Below, piece after piece: positions 1 through 10,900 of a DNA stretch of 64,000 nucleotides. The position numbers and the translations under genes are program-made. The DNA is from an uncultured Patescibacteria group bacterium (lineage in GTDB: Bacteria; Patescibacteriota; Minisyncoccia; Phycocordibacterales; UBA12088). The stretch's first letter is position 1; each line of letters starts with the position of its first letter. Below the pieces are notes generated by a model. That model was not told where the DNA came from. It was given only the letters and a program-made list of their open reading frames with translations, and ran no database searches. The stretch is from the NCBI GenBank assembly GCA_947259245.1, contig CAMYLP010000003.1:27118-91117 (forward strand), read 5' to 3'.

Positions 1-77
1 CGTATGCGCTCTGGGCTTGCAAGACGTATTGACACTGCGTCGAATTCATCTGCGTTTTTGAATGTTCCTACTTTCAT
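1..77 (-). CDS. rpoC: DNA-directed RNA polymerase beta' subunit, 5' end (runs off window)
   Basis: Reverse strand from ATG at 75-77 translates MKVGTFKNADEFDAVSIRLASPERIR, the conserved RpoC N-terminus; 19 nt downstream of rpoB stop. Confidence 0.8.
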   Translation of the reverse strand, partial: MKVGTFKNADEFDAVSIRLASPERI

Positions 78-96
78 GTTTGTATCGCAAAGCGCA

Positions 97-3000
97 TTAG
101 TTTGTAACGTCCGCGTCAGTCTTTTCAAGTCGCACATCAAGAGCGAGAGCACGGAGATGATGAATAAGGACGTTAAACGCGGCAGGCGTGTTCGTCTGTG
201 TTATGTGTCCATCTCGTACGATCGCGTCGAAGGCAGCTGAGCGTCCCTGAATGTCATCAGATTTGACCGTTAGCATCTCACGAAGCGTATATGCGCTTCC
301 ATAGCCCAAGAGTGCCCAGACTTCCATTTCCCCAAATCGTTGACCACCGTTCTGCGCCTTACCGCCGAGCGGCTGTTGTGTAATGAGTGAATATGGTCCT
401 ATGGAACGCATATGGATCTTGTCTTCCACCATATGATGCAGCTTCATAATATACATGTAGCCGATCGCTACCTTCTGGTCGAAGTGCTCACCGGTTCTCC
501 CATCACGAAGTGCGACTTTACCATCTTCAGGATAGCCGGCTTCGACAAGTTCACGCTTGATCTCTTCTTCCGTTGCCCCAGCAAACGGAGGCGTGATGGC
601 CTGATAGTTCAGTGTGTGAGCAGCAAGTCCGAGGTGCAGCTCCAAAATCTGTCCTAGGTTCATACGACTCGGTACGCCGAGAGGTGTCAGTATCACGTCG
701 ATTGGTGTTCCATCCTCTAGGTACGGCATGTCCTCTTCGGGAAGTATTCGGGAAATAACACCTTTGTTTCCGTGTCGTCCCGCCAACTTATCACCCACTG
801 CGACGTTTCGTACCTGTGCAACTGTCACCTGTACTTTCTTCAAAATACCTGATTCTAGATTGTCACCACTCTCTCTGGAAAACACCTTCACGCCAACGAT
901 GCGGCCCCGCTTACCTCCCTCCAAACGGAGAGACGTGTCCTTGACATCTTTGGCCTTCTCTCCAAATATCGAGCGCAGTAAACGTTCCTCGGGAGTCAGC
1001 TGACTTTCTCCCTTAGGCGTGACCTTACCGACAAGTATGTCTCCCGAGTGCACCTCAGCACCGATACGTACGACACCCTCCTCGTCCAAGTTTTTAAGCT
1101 TTGCTTCTCCAACATTTGGTATGTCGTGGGTTGTCACCTCGGATCCCAACTTCGTGTCACGTACGATACACTCGAAAACTTCCATATGTATTGAACTGAA
1201 CTTTGCATTTTTCACCAGACGCTCAGACAGTACGATGGCATCCTCGTAGTTAGCACCGCTCCACGGCATAAACGCCACAAGCACATTTTGTCCCAACGCC
1301 AACTGTCCATTTACTGTGGAACTTGTGTCCGCCAAAAGCTGACCCTTTTTTATCTTATCTCCCGCGTTGACCACGGGGCGCTGATGAAACGCAGACATGT
1401 CATTTGTTCTTGAAAAACTTATGAGTGGATACTCACGTGTCTTACCCTTGGCGTTCTTTATCACGATCTTGCTTGCATCACAGACTGTTACCGTACCCGC
1501 CTCGGCAGCTTGCACTAGCCGACCCGTGTCCTGTGCCGCTCTCGACTCAATGCCCGTGGCAACCAGCGGGACCTCAGGGACGAGGCACGGTGTTGCTTGT
1601 TTCTGCATGTTTGAACCCATGAGCGCACGGTTCGCGTCGTCGTTCTCCAAAAACGGGATCATGCTCGTGGCAATGGAAAACGGTTGTGTTGTTGCAACGT
1701 CCATGTACTCTACCTTCTCTCGCGGAACAAGTGTTGGCTCTCCACGATGCCTCACTTCTATCTGATCCTCAACAATAACACCCTTATCGTTGATCACGGT
1801 GGCTGCGTGCGCAACAAACGCTCCTTCCTCTTGAAGGGCGTTCAAATAGATAAGTTCGTCCGTAAGCTTACCTTTCACAACCTTCACGTACGGGGTCTGT
1901 ATGAAGCCAAACTTATCGATGATACTAAAGTTGGCAAGGTGAAGTATGAGACCAATATTTGGTCCTTCCGGTGTGTGTATTGGGCATACTCGCCCATAGT
2001 GACTTGGGTGCACATCACGCACTTCAAATCCTGCCCGCTCACGCGTAAGGCCCCCTGGTCCCAGTGCGGAGAGTGTTCGCAAGTGCTCAAGCTCCGTCAA
2101 CATGTTCTGTTGTTGCATGAACTGCGACAGCTGGTTTGTGGTAAAGAACTCTTTTATTGCTGCTTGTAGCGGACGTGGATTTATTATCGTAACAGGGCTT
2201 GATGTCTCCGGTTCAATAGTAGACATTCTATCCTGTATGTTTCTTTTCATACGGCTCACACCGACACGTATCTTTTGCTGCATCATCTCACCCACGAATC
2301 GTACACGTCGGAATCCAAGGTGGTCTATATCGTCGGCTACAGCCTCCGGATCATGATTTAGTTCAATAATGTGCGTGACTATGGTTACAAGGTCGTCAAG
2401 ACTGACGGTGCGTCGATTGAGCTCCGTAGGTGTCTTTGCCTTTTCAAAACGCTGGTTAAAACGGTGACGTCCTACCTCAGAAAGATCGTATCGTTCCTCG
2501 GAGAGAACCGACTCGACGAACTCACGCGCAGCATCTGTTGTTGCAATATCACCGTCTCGCATGCGACGGTACATCTCGATGATGGCGTCGTTTGTTGACT
2601 TCGCCGGGTCCTTTTCCAACGTTGTTTGTATCCACTCCTTGCCGTGGGGTACGCGCGAGAACAAGTCCAACATGTCTTTGTCGAAACGTGCACCTAGAAT
2701 ACGCAAGAATGAGGTGACGGGTATTTTTCGTTTTCTGTCGATACGGACGTAAATAGCCCCGTCAGCCTCAGATTCGATCTCAATCCACACTCCACGACCG
2801 GGTATTATTTTAGCGCCAAAGTATGTATTGCCCTTAATGATCTGGCTAGTGAAGAAGACACCAGAGCTTCGTGCCAGTTGCGGAACTACAACACGCTCAA
2901 CACCGTTGATGATGAATGTGCCGTGGTCTGTCATCATGGGGAAATCCGCCAGAAACATTTCTTGCCGGTTCTCGGTACCCAATGTCTTGTTCTTTAAGTT

Positions 3001-3279
3001 GACTATGCACTTCAGTGGGGCCTCGTATGTACGCATGTTCTGTTTCGCGTAGTACTCGTCATACTGAGGTTCACCAAGATCGTAGCTCACAAGGTGTAAG
3101 TCGAACTTTTTTTCGCCGTAGTCACGTATCGGCGAAAATTCCTTAAACACTTCACTGATTCCTTTCTCAACCAGCCACGTAAAACTGTTAAGTTGTGGCT
3201 CTACGAGGTTCGGTAGTTCAGCGTGTGCTTCACGGTATCTAGAGAATGTTTTCTGCGCGCTCTGAGACTTTGTGGACAT
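97..3279 (-). CDS. rpoB: DNA-directed RNA polymerase beta subunit (1060 aa, short form)
   Basis: 1060-aa ORF with RpoB hallmarks (GKLTPKGE.., NMQRQAVPL-like, C-terminal GEMEVWAL); directly followed by rpoC. Confidence 0.95.
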   Translation of the reverse strand: MSTKSQSAQKTFSRYREAHAELPNLVEPQLNSFTWLVEKGISEVFKEFSPIRDYGEKKFDLHLVSYDLGEPQYDEYYAKQNMRTYEAPLKCIVNLKNKTLGTENRQEMFLADFPMMTDHGTFIINGVERVVVPQLARSSGVFFTSQIIKGNTYFGAKIIPGRGVWIEIESEADGAIYVRIDRKRKIPVTSFLRILGARFDKDMLDLFSRVPHGKEWIQTTLEKDPAKSTNDAIIEMYRRMRDGDIATTDAAREFVESVLSEERYDLSEVGRHRFNQRFEKAKTPTELNRRTVSLDDLVTIVTHIIELNHDPEAVADDIDHLGFRRVRFVGEMMQQKIRVGVSRMKRNIQDRMSTIEPETSSPVTIINPRPLQAAIKEFFTTNQLSQFMQQQNMLTELEHLRTLSALGPGGLTRERAGFEVRDVHPSHYGRVCPIHTPEGPNIGLILHLANFSIIDKFGFIQTPYVKVVKGKLTDELIYLNALQEEGAFVAHAATVINDKGVIVEDQIEVRHRGEPTLVPREKVEYMDVATTQPFSIATSMIPFLENDDANRALMGSNMQKQATPCLVPEVPLVATGIESRAAQDTGRLVQAAEAGTVTVCDASKIVIKNAKGKTREYPLISFSRTNDMSAFHQRPVVNAGDKIKKGQLLADTSSTVNGQLALGQNVLVAFMPWSGANYEDAIVLSERLVKNAKFSSIHMEVFECIVRDTKLGSEVTTHDIPNVGEAKLKNLDEEGVVRIGAEVHSGDILVGKVTPKGESQLTPEERLLRSIFGEKAKDVKDTSLRLEGGKRGRIVGVKVFSRESGDNLESGILKKVQVTVAQVRNVAVGDKLAGRHGNKGVISRILPEEDMPYLEDGTPIDVILTPLGVPSRMNLGQILELHLGLAAHTLNYQAITPPFAGATEEEIKRELVEAGYPEDGKVALRDGRTGEHFDQKVAIGYMYIMKLHHMVEDKIHMRSIGPYSLITQQPLGGKAQNGGQRFGEMEVWALLGYGSAYTLREMLTVKSDDIQGRSAAFDAIVRDGHITQTNTPAAFNVLIHHLRALALDVRLEKTDADVTN

Positions 3280-3484
3280 AGCAACGGTAGTTTACTTCAC
3301 GAATAAAACCGGTCCGCACGAAATAGATTATGAAAAAATGTTCGCACACATCAAAATCCCTCAGCAGAGGGACAAAGGTAGCCGCGCTACGCTATGTGCG
3401 TTTCCGTACAGACCATTATAATGTAACGTATTTAATAGAGAGTGCGCAGCATCCGAAACTCAATCACTCAGAAACGTTAGCGGT

Positions 3485-3512
3485 AGTATAGTCAAGAATG
3501 GGTATTTGTCAA
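3485..3512 (-). promoter_or_regulatory. candidate sigma70 promoter for rpoB-rpoC (TTGACA-16-TATACT on minus strand)
   Basis: rc of tgtcaa(3507-3512) and agtata(3485-3490) with 16-nt spacer, ~200 nt upstream of rpoB start. Confidence 0.35.
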
Positions 3513-3568
3513 CCGTGGTCAAGAGGCGTTATCCACATTTTTGTAAATCTTGCTGGTGTATCGGGTTG

Positions 3569-4246
3569 TTACGTTCTTCCCTTTCGCCACTCTTCAATAT
3601 CTTTATGGTTTCCTGACAGGAGCACCTCTGGTACTTTGTAACGTTTTCCCTTCCATGTTAGCACTTCAGGCCGCGTGTACACCTCCGACGCAGCGATGCG
3701 ACGTTCCTCGATAGACTCGTCATCACCCAGGACGCCTGGCAACCTTCGTGTGATAGCGTCGAGCATGACCATGGCTGGTAATTCACCACCGGTGAGAGTA
3801 TAGGGGCCTATGGTCACAGCCTCTGCACGCAGTATCTTCTTCACGCGCGCGTCCACCCCTTCGTAGCGACCACAGATGAGGATGACGTGCTTTAGTCTCG
3901 TTGCAAGTTTTTCTGCATACACAGTATCAAACTGCTTACCACCCGGCTCAAAAAAAATGATTTTCACCTTTCGACGATTCTTCCTCCCAAGCGCTTTTGT
4001 CACCGCCTTCAACACACTCTCAGCTTCAAGGACCATGCCGGGGCCACCACCGTATGGCCGTCTGTCAACACGGGACCACTTGTCCTTGGTGAAGTCGCGT
4101 GGATTATAAAAGCTGACACGTATCGTCTTGCTCTCGATTGCACGCTTCACTATTGACTCGTTGATGTATGACTCGAACGCCTTTGGAAACAAGGTAATGA
4201 TGTGGAAATGCATAGCGGTACTATACCCCACTTCGCATAAAAACAA
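3569..4246 (-). CDS. trmD: tRNA (guanine37-N1)-methyltransferase
   Basis: MHFHIITLFP.. SPOUT/TrmD signature, size ~215 aa; likely true start at internal Met (4213). Confidence 0.85.
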   Translation of the reverse strand: MFLCEVGYSTAMHFHIITLFPKAFESYINESIVKRAIESKTIRVSFYNPRDFTKDKWSRVDRRPYGGGPGMVLEAESVLKAVTKALGRKNRRKVKIIFFEPGGKQFDTVYAEKLATRLKHVILICGRYEGVDARVKKILRAEAVTIGPYTLTGGELPAMVMLDAITRRLPGVLGDDESIEERRIAASEVYTRPEVLTWKGKRYKVPEVLLSGNHKDIEEWRKGRT

Positions 4247-4286
4247 ACACCTGCGGTCAGGTGTTTGTTTCTTATTGTGTATGTGT

Positions 4287-4685
4287 TTAGAGCTTCAGGT
4301 CTGCCATCGCCTCATCGAGACTCTTTGCCGCATCTGTTTCTGGTGCCGCATCAGCTGCTGGAGCATCATCAGCTGCAGGAGCGTCGTCGGCTGCCGCTGT
4401 TGCAGGTGCACCGCCCTCCTTGCTGCGCAGACCACCTTCTGGTTCATTGATCTTTAAGTTCACACGTGCATTGTTTTTCATCCCAACAACACGGAGAAGC
4501 GTCCGGATGGCCTTTGCGGTGTTGCCACTGCGACCAATTATTTTTCCCATGTCTTCTGCGTGGATGTCGAGTGTAAGTAGTACTCCCATCTCATCTACAG
4601 TTCGGTCCACCTTTACTGCTTCTGGGTGGTCTACCAATCCCTTTACGACAAACTCGAGGAATGCCTGATCATCTTCTTGCTGCAT
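4287..4685 (-). CDS. KH-domain RNA-binding protein (YlqC/UPF0109-like) with Ala/Asp/Pro-rich C-terminal tail
   Basis: GKIIGRSGNTAKAIRTLL KH motif; conserved position between rpsP and trmD. Confidence 0.75.
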   Translation of the reverse strand: MQQEDDQAFLEFVVKGLVDHPEAVKVDRTVDEMGVLLTLDIHAEDMGKIIGRSGNTAKAIRTLLRVVGMKNNARVNLKINEPEGGLRSKEGGAPATAAADDAPAADDAPAADAAPETDAAKSLDEAMADLKL

Positions 4686-4781
4686 AGTAGTTTTTTACTG
4701 AGTTCTTCTAAAGCTGTCTTACGACCTGATAACGTACACAATTGTACCTTGCATACATGGGAGAGCAAGTCTGAAGTGTGC

Positions 4782-5201
4782 TTACGCGGCCACTTCCTCT
4801 TTCTTCCCCTCTTCTTTCGGCTCTTCAGCCTCCTTCTCTACTACCTCTTTTTGTGCTTCTTTGTCACCTTCTTTTGATGGTTCATCGGACGCCTCTTCGG
4901 CGACTTCCTCCTCAGCTTCCTTTTGGATAGGATTCTTCTTTGGGAGGACGTTCTTCTTGTCTCCTTTGATGACCTTGTGCGTGACAAGCAGGTTGTGTAG
5001 CGTGTCACTTACCTGCGCACCGTTCGAGATCCACTTTTTCACACTTTCTTCATTCACACTGAAAGCGTCAGTGTGCGGGTTATAGTTACCGATTACCTCA
5101 AGGTAGTTGCCACTCTGTGGTCCACGCGTGTGTTCCGTAACAACAACTCGGAATTCGGCGTGATTACGGCGCCCGACACGTTGTAGTCTGATGATTAACA
5201 T
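4782..5201 (-). CDS. rpsP: 30S ribosomal protein S16 with lysine/glutamate-rich C-terminal extension
   Basis: MLIIRLQRVGRRNHAEFRVVV.. S16 N-terminus; start trimmed to ATG at 5199-5201. Confidence 0.85.
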   Translation of the reverse strand: MLIIRLQRVGRRNHAEFRVVVTEHTRGPQSGNYLEVIGNYNPHTDAFSVNEESVKKWISNGAQVSDTLHNLLVTHKVIKGDKKNVLPKKNPIQKEAEEEVAEEASDEPSKEGDKEAQKEVVEKEAEEPKEEGKKEEVAA

Positions 5202-5252
5202 AGTGGCAGATACAGTACCAGATGAAATAGGGCTGGTCAACCTATGACGTGT

Positions 5253-5963
5253 TCATGCATTCCATCCTTTGGTCTCTAGTGCACATTGTGCGGCAGACTG
5301 CTCCGCCTCCTGTTTACTTCTTCCCGCGCCCTCAGCAACAAGTTCTTCATCAAGATACGCTCCAACGACGAATCGTTTATCGTGGTCAGGTCCATCTTCT
5401 GCAATGATGGCATATCGGGGCGTGATGGAGACATGTTCCTGCGCCTCTTCTTGGAAACGACTCTTACTATCTTGCCACAAGCGTTGTCTAACAACCTCGT
5501 CGACAAGAGGAAATATGTTTACCGCTATAAAACGCTGAGCATCATCATAGCCCATTCCGAGATATATCGCACCGATAACAGCCTCGAATGTGTTTGCGAG
5601 GATGTACTGTCGAGCACGACCCGTGTCTCGAGATTCTCCTCGGCTTAAGAGCAGAAGATCGTTCATGTCAAGTTTTGACGCTGCATCACTTATTGTGTTT
5701 GTGTTTACAAGAGCTGCTCTGTAGGAAGTTAACTCACCCTCAGTGCTGTCTGGATACTTGTCGTACAGAAATCTTGTGACGGCTAATTCCAATACCGCGT
5801 CACCTAAAAACTCCAGCCGCTCGTTATGCTCGATTGGATCGCCACGATGCTCATTGACGTAACTCCTGTGTGTAAACGCTGTACGGAGTAGTGACAGGTC
5901 CATGGTCGCGACCTCAAGTTTTTGTGCAAACTGTTGTAAGTGCTTTGTGTAGTCTTCATTCAT
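5253..5963 (-). CDS. rnc: ribonuclease III
   Basis: ERLEFLGDAVLELAVT RNase III signature plus C-terminal dsRBD (KQEAEQSAAQ). Confidence 0.9.
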   Translation of the reverse strand: MNEDYTKHLQQFAQKLEVATMDLSLLRTAFTHRSYVNEHRGDPIEHNERLEFLGDAVLELAVTRFLYDKYPDSTEGELTSYRAALVNTNTISDAASKLDMNDLLLLSRGESRDTGRARQYILANTFEAVIGAIYLGMGYDDAQRFIAVNIFPLVDEVVRQRLWQDSKSRFQEEAQEHVSITPRYAIIAEDGPDHDKRFVVGAYLDEELVAEGAGRSKQEAEQSAAQCALETKGWNA

Positions 5964-6021
5964 GTTTCTTGTAGAGCGTGTTGATACACGCTCGACGCAG
6001 TGCAGTCATGAGAGCTGACTG

Positions 6022-6957
6022 CTACTTTTTTTTGGCGTCCTGTGGGTTTAACAGTATGTTAATTGCCTTGGTAATGATGGTCAGAATGTCGTGGTAGAAG
6101 TTCAGCTCAAGTATGTCGGCAAGCTTGAACCAACGAGCGTCGTCCAATCCTCCCTTTTCTTCTAACACAATATCAGCAAAAGGCGCTTCGAGAAGAAAGT
6201 ACGTGACATGTTTGCGTATCTTACCCTTCTCAGGGTTGCTAGCCACATACTCATTCTCACCAAGTTTTTCTCTGAGGTCCGCATCAAGGCCAAGTTCTTG
6301 CTTTATCTCACGTATCGTACCTTGTTCTTCGGTTTCAGCGTCTTCTATTCCACCCTTGGGCAGTGTCCAGTGACCAAAGACATCGTGTACAAGTGCTACA
6401 TATACGTCATCATCATGCCGTGCGTACACGACAGCCCCACCCTTGCGCTCGACGGGCATTTGGTCATATGGTACCAGCGGATGTTTCTTTCTTTCCTTGC
6501 GCTTGCTCGTCTCATCCTTACCTGGTTCACCAAGCTCTTTATATACGGATCCAAGTACGCCGTTGATGAATCTCCCAGAGGATTCACCCCCGAAGTTCTT
6601 ACCAAGTTCTATTGCCTCATTAATTGCCACTTTGGCAGGAACCTCACTACGATCAGCAAAAAGAAGTTCAAATAAGCCGATACGCAGTATGTTGCGATCC
6701 ACCCGTGAAATTTTATCTAGCGGCCATTCCGGAGCAGCCTTAGTTATGACCGCGTCCAGATCATTTTGCTTTTGGAGTATACCATCCAACAATGCCGTCA
6801 TAAACGGCTTATCTTGACTGTCGGGAGCAAACTCTCCAATATTTCTTTCAAGTATGTTGTTCGTGGCCGGGGTATTGTCGGAATTATCTTCGAGGTTCAT
6901 GTCCCACTCGAAGAGTGTCTGCAGTACAATAGACCGAGATAGGTGCCTGTTTGACAT
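6022..6957 (-). CDS. nusB: NusB antitermination factor fused to C-terminal NUDIX hydrolase domain
   Basis: N-terminal ~150 aa NusB-like (ISRVDRNILRIGLFELLF, AINEAIELGK); C-terminal ~155 aa with Nudix box GGIEDAETEEQGTIREIKQELGL. Confidence 0.75.
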   Translation of the reverse strand: MSNRHLSRSIVLQTLFEWDMNLEDNSDNTPATNNILERNIGEFAPDSQDKPFMTALLDGILQKQNDLDAVITKAAPEWPLDKISRVDRNILRIGLFELLFADRSEVPAKVAINEAIELGKNFGGESSGRFINGVLGSVYKELGEPGKDETSKRKERKKHPLVPYDQMPVERKGGAVVYARHDDDVYVALVHDVFGHWTLPKGGIEDAETEEQGTIREIKQELGLDADLREKLGENEYVASNPEKGKIRKHVTYFLLEAPFADIVLEEKGGLDDARWFKLADILELNFYHDILTIITKAINILLNPQDAKKK

Positions 6958-7030
6958 TGTGCTAGAAAGTGCTGGTCGAGGCGCTTCGAAGTCCCATTAG
7001 TACACACGTTCCACCGGGGCTTCAAAAAGC

Positions 7031-7285
7031 CTACTTCTTTTCTGAGGCCTTTTTCTGACTCTTTTCCGTGGCCTCCGTCTTATTCGCGGACTTTTTTGGT
7101 GTCCCGGCAGGGGTGTTTTCACCCATTGCTATGATCTGCTTTCCGCGATACATACCGGTAGCGGGGTCCATAAAATGCCTACGGCGCGAACCGCTAGGCG
7201 TTTTCACAAGACGCGGCGTACCTGCGCGATGATGCGCGCGACGGCTTGCTGTCTTGCTATGGGTTAGCTTCATCCGTACCGACAT
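7031..7285 (-). CDS. rpmF: 50S ribosomal protein L32 with Lys-rich C-terminal tail
   Basis: MSVRMKLTHSKTASRRAHHRAGTP..YRGKQII resembles L32; start trimmed to internal Met. Confidence 0.6.
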   Translation of the reverse strand: MSVRMKLTHSKTASRRAHHRAGTPRLVKTPSGSRRRHFMDPATGMYRGKQIIAMGENTPAGTPKKSANKTEATEKSQKKASEKK

Positions 7286-7375
7286 TGCAGCAACTATACC
7301 CAGAAATGGGAGAAATGCAAGCATTCTTGTCCACTTGTACAGCCTCTGCGCCCCATAAACGAGCTTGTGGGCTCG

Positions 7376-7963
7376 TTACGTACTCCTGACCGCTTTACAG
7401 TAGGTGTGGCGGTGTACGGGCGTTAATCCGTGTCTCTGTATGGCTCGACGATGTATTTCCGTACCATAACCTTTGTGGGTATGGAATTTGTATTCTGGGT
7501 ACCTCGGGTGTTGTTTTCCCATGTACCTATCGCGCGTGACCTTGGCCGCTATAGAAGCTGCACCGATGAGTGGCTCAAGTGCATCACCTCGTATGATAGT
7601 ATCTTGGCTCTTATATTTTTTGGGAGCATAGAGAGCACCATCGAGCAAAATGTGTGTTTCGTCAGGATGTAAGGCCAGCTTGCTAAGACACCGTGACAAA
7701 GCGGTGCGGATTGCCCATTGTATTCCCTTTCGGTCGATCAGTGGTGCCCCCACCATGGAAACCGTAAACCATAGATCTGTGGCCGACATAAGTGCATCAT
7801 ATAATTCTGACCTTTTGTTTTCTGTTACTGACTTGGAGTCACACATCTGCGGCAGTACGTCTGGGACATGACTGGTGTCAATACAAACAGCCCCTACAGC
7901 CACAGGACCTGCGAGAGGTCCCCGCCCAGCTTCATCTATACCCACCAGATAGCGCGCTTTCAT
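7376..7963 (-). CDS. rnhB: ribonuclease HII
   Basis: MKARYLVGIDEAGRGPLAGPVAVGAV RNase HII N-terminal signature. Confidence 0.9.
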   Translation of the reverse strand: MKARYLVGIDEAGRGPLAGPVAVGAVCIDTSHVPDVLPQMCDSKSVTENKRSELYDALMSATDLWFTVSMVGAPLIDRKGIQWAIRTALSRCLSKLALHPDETHILLDGALYAPKKYKSQDTIIRGDALEPLIGAASIAAKVTRDRYMGKQHPRYPEYKFHTHKGYGTEIHRRAIQRHGLTPVHRHTYCKAVRST

Positions 7964-7981
7964 CTACCCATTGTAACAAAA

Positions 7982-7990
7982 TGATATACT
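7982..7990 (+). promoter_or_regulatory. candidate extended -10 (TGaTATACT) 6 nt upstream of dnaE ATG; leaderless transcript possible
   Basis: TG at 7982-83, TATACT 7985-7990, ATG 7997; only 33 nt separates divergent rnhB and dnaE. Confidence 0.25.
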
Positions 7991-7996
7991 TCTCCC

Positions 7997-10900
7997 ATGT
8001 CGACATTTACGCATCTCCACACACACTCGCACTACTCCCTCTTAGGAGCAGTTCCGAAGATACCGCCGCTCGTTGCACGCGCTAAGGAGTATGGATTCAC
8101 ATCACTGGCTCTTACGGACAATGGAGCTCTGTACGGTGCAGTTGAGTTCTATAAAGCATGTCGGAAGGAAAATATTAAGCCGATCATCGGTGTCGATGCC
8201 TACCTTGCGCCGAGAAGCCGAATCGACATGGAACGAGGCATTGACGATAAGCGAACGCGTCTTGTACTACTTGCTGAGAACAACACCGGTTACGTAAACC
8301 TCATACGACTGGTCACAGCATCGTACATGGAGGGATTCTTTGACAAGCCACGCATGGATCGCGAAGTACTTGAGAAGTGGCACGAGGGCGTCATTGCGAT
8401 ACTACCGTCATTCTCGGGAGAGCATATATCCGCCCTCCGTGGATCTGACATGGCAAAAGCGGTTGCCATTGTACGTTGGTATCAGGACACCTTCGGAAAA
8501 GACAATGTGTTCCTGGAACTCTCCCATCACTCTGAGATAGAGGGTCATGAGTATCTCCAGGAACAAATACAGCAGCTGTCGAGCGAGTCAGGCTCTGAAC
8601 TTGTTGCAGCGCACAACACGTACTACTTACATCCTGAGGACAGACTTGCACGCGAAACGATGCTAAAGATCAGCACCACCGGCTCACTAGAGGGAGAGGA
8701 TTATTATGAAGATGAGGACTTGTCATTTATCACTCCTGAGACTGCTGAAAAACTCTTTGCGAATGAGCCGGAAGCGCTTCGAAACACAGCGGCACTGGCT
8801 GAACGATGCAACGTACAGATAGAATTGGGCCACTGGTACTTCCCCGACTTCAAAATAGAATCAGGCCGTACGGCCGATGAAGAACTTCAGCACCTTGCAC
8901 AACGGGGTCTTGCGTGGAGGGGTATGGCGTATGAAGGAACAGTAAAGAAACGTTTGGATTACGAGTTGGACATCATTAGGTCCAAGGGTTACGCAGGATA
9001 CTTTCTTGCAGTGGGTGATCTACTGCGGGAAGCGCGAGAGAGAGGCATTCTGACGACAATACGTGGTTCTGTTGCAGGTTCTCTTACAACATACGTACTT
9101 GGCATAACGAACGTTGACCCGTTAAAGTTGAACCTGCCGTTCGAACGTTTCTTAAATCCACATCGTCCCTCTGCGCCTGATATTGATATGGACTATGCAG
9201 ATAACAGGCGAGACGAAATGATCGAGTATGCAAAGGATAAGTATGGTCATGACAATGTTGCTCAGATCGGAACGTTTGGCACGATGATGGCACGAGCGGT
9301 GGTACGGGACGTAGCACGAGCACTTGGCTACGCGTATGGTGTGGGCGACAAGATAGCAAAAGTAATACCGTTTGGGTCGCAAGGTTTTCCAATGACCATC
9401 GACCACGCTCTTGAAAGTGAAAAAGAGTTTGCTGCCCTCTACAAGAAGGACAAGGACGTACAGCGCATCATTGACCTTGCGAAGAAGATAGAAGGATGTG
9501 CCCGGCACGTAGGCGTGCACGCGGCTGGCGTCGTAATAGCCCCAAGTCCGCTGGACAACTATGTTCCCGTACAGCCAGACCCAAAAGGTGGCGGTAAACT
9601 GATTACACAGTACGACATGCATAGCGTAGGTGAAGATGGTGTTGGACTTCTCAAATTTGACTTTCTTGGCATTAAAAACCTTTCGATACTAGCTGACGCA
9701 ATCGAGCGTGTGAAGGACCGACATGGTGTCGAGGTAGATATTGAGAACATACCACTCGATGATGCACGGACGTATGACATGCTCGCACAGGGTGAGACGG
9801 GAGGCGTATTCCAGTTGAACGGAGCTGCAATGACACGGTATTTGAAGGAGCTCAGACCAACAAGGATCGAGGACATAAACGCCATGATCGCACTCTACCG
9901 GCCGGGTCCAATGAAAAACATTCCCGAATACATTGCACGTAAACAGGGTCGAAAGCCAGTTCGCTATTTCCATCCGCGGGTCGCCAGCTTTCTCGAGCCC
10001 TCGTACGGTATTCTTGTATATCAAGATGACCTTCTCTTTACTGCGCTAGAACTCGCTGGCTACAACTGGGAAACAGTAGACAAGTTTCGTAAGGCAGTTG
10101 GAAAAAAGATTCCAGCTGAAATGGCGAAACAGCATGTTAAGTTTGTTGAAGGTTGTATGGAGCACAGTGACATGTCAAGGCGTGATGCGGAGGGTGTCTG
10201 GGAGTTGTTTGAGCCGTTTCAGGGGTACGGTTTCAACAAGGCGCATGCGGCTAGTTACGGTAAGGTCGCGTACCAAACTGCGTACATGAAGGCGAACTAT
10301 CCTGTGGAGTATATGGCCGCAATACTTACGGCTGACTCTGGCGATATCGATAAGGTAGCGGAGGCAGTTGTGGAGTGCGAGCGGATGAATATTCGGGTGC
10401 TGAAACCAGATGTCAACCAGAGTTTTGATACATTTACGTGCGTGCAAAAGGACGGGAAGGATGCTATACGATTTGGACTCAGCTCGATCAAGAACTTTGG
10501 TGAAGGTATTGCGCATACGATCATACAGGAGCGTGAACAACACGGACCGTACAACACCATCGATGACCTTCTCATGCGTATTCAAAGCAGGAACCTGAAT
10601 AAAAAATCCCTGGAGTCTCTAATCAAGTGTGGTGCATTGGATTCCTTTAAAGTAAAGCGCGGTAGGTTGCTGAAATACATTGACGAGTTGTTGGCCTTCA
10701 ACAAAGAACAGCATCAGGAAGTGGCACAGGCATCGCTCTTCACCGGCGATGTAGGGGGCAACGTTCTATCAATACCCGAAGCACCGGAAGCGTCACTTCA
10801 GGACATGCTTTCTTGGGAGAAGGAGTTGCTCGGTCTATACGTGTCCGGACATCCTCTCGATGTACACAGGGATCGCCTTGAACGCCTTGGACAAACAATA

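Noticed and set aside
4-240. 78-aa ORF at window start
   Set aside because: It spans the rpoB/rpoC junction antisense to both, and the rpoC N-terminus fits far better.
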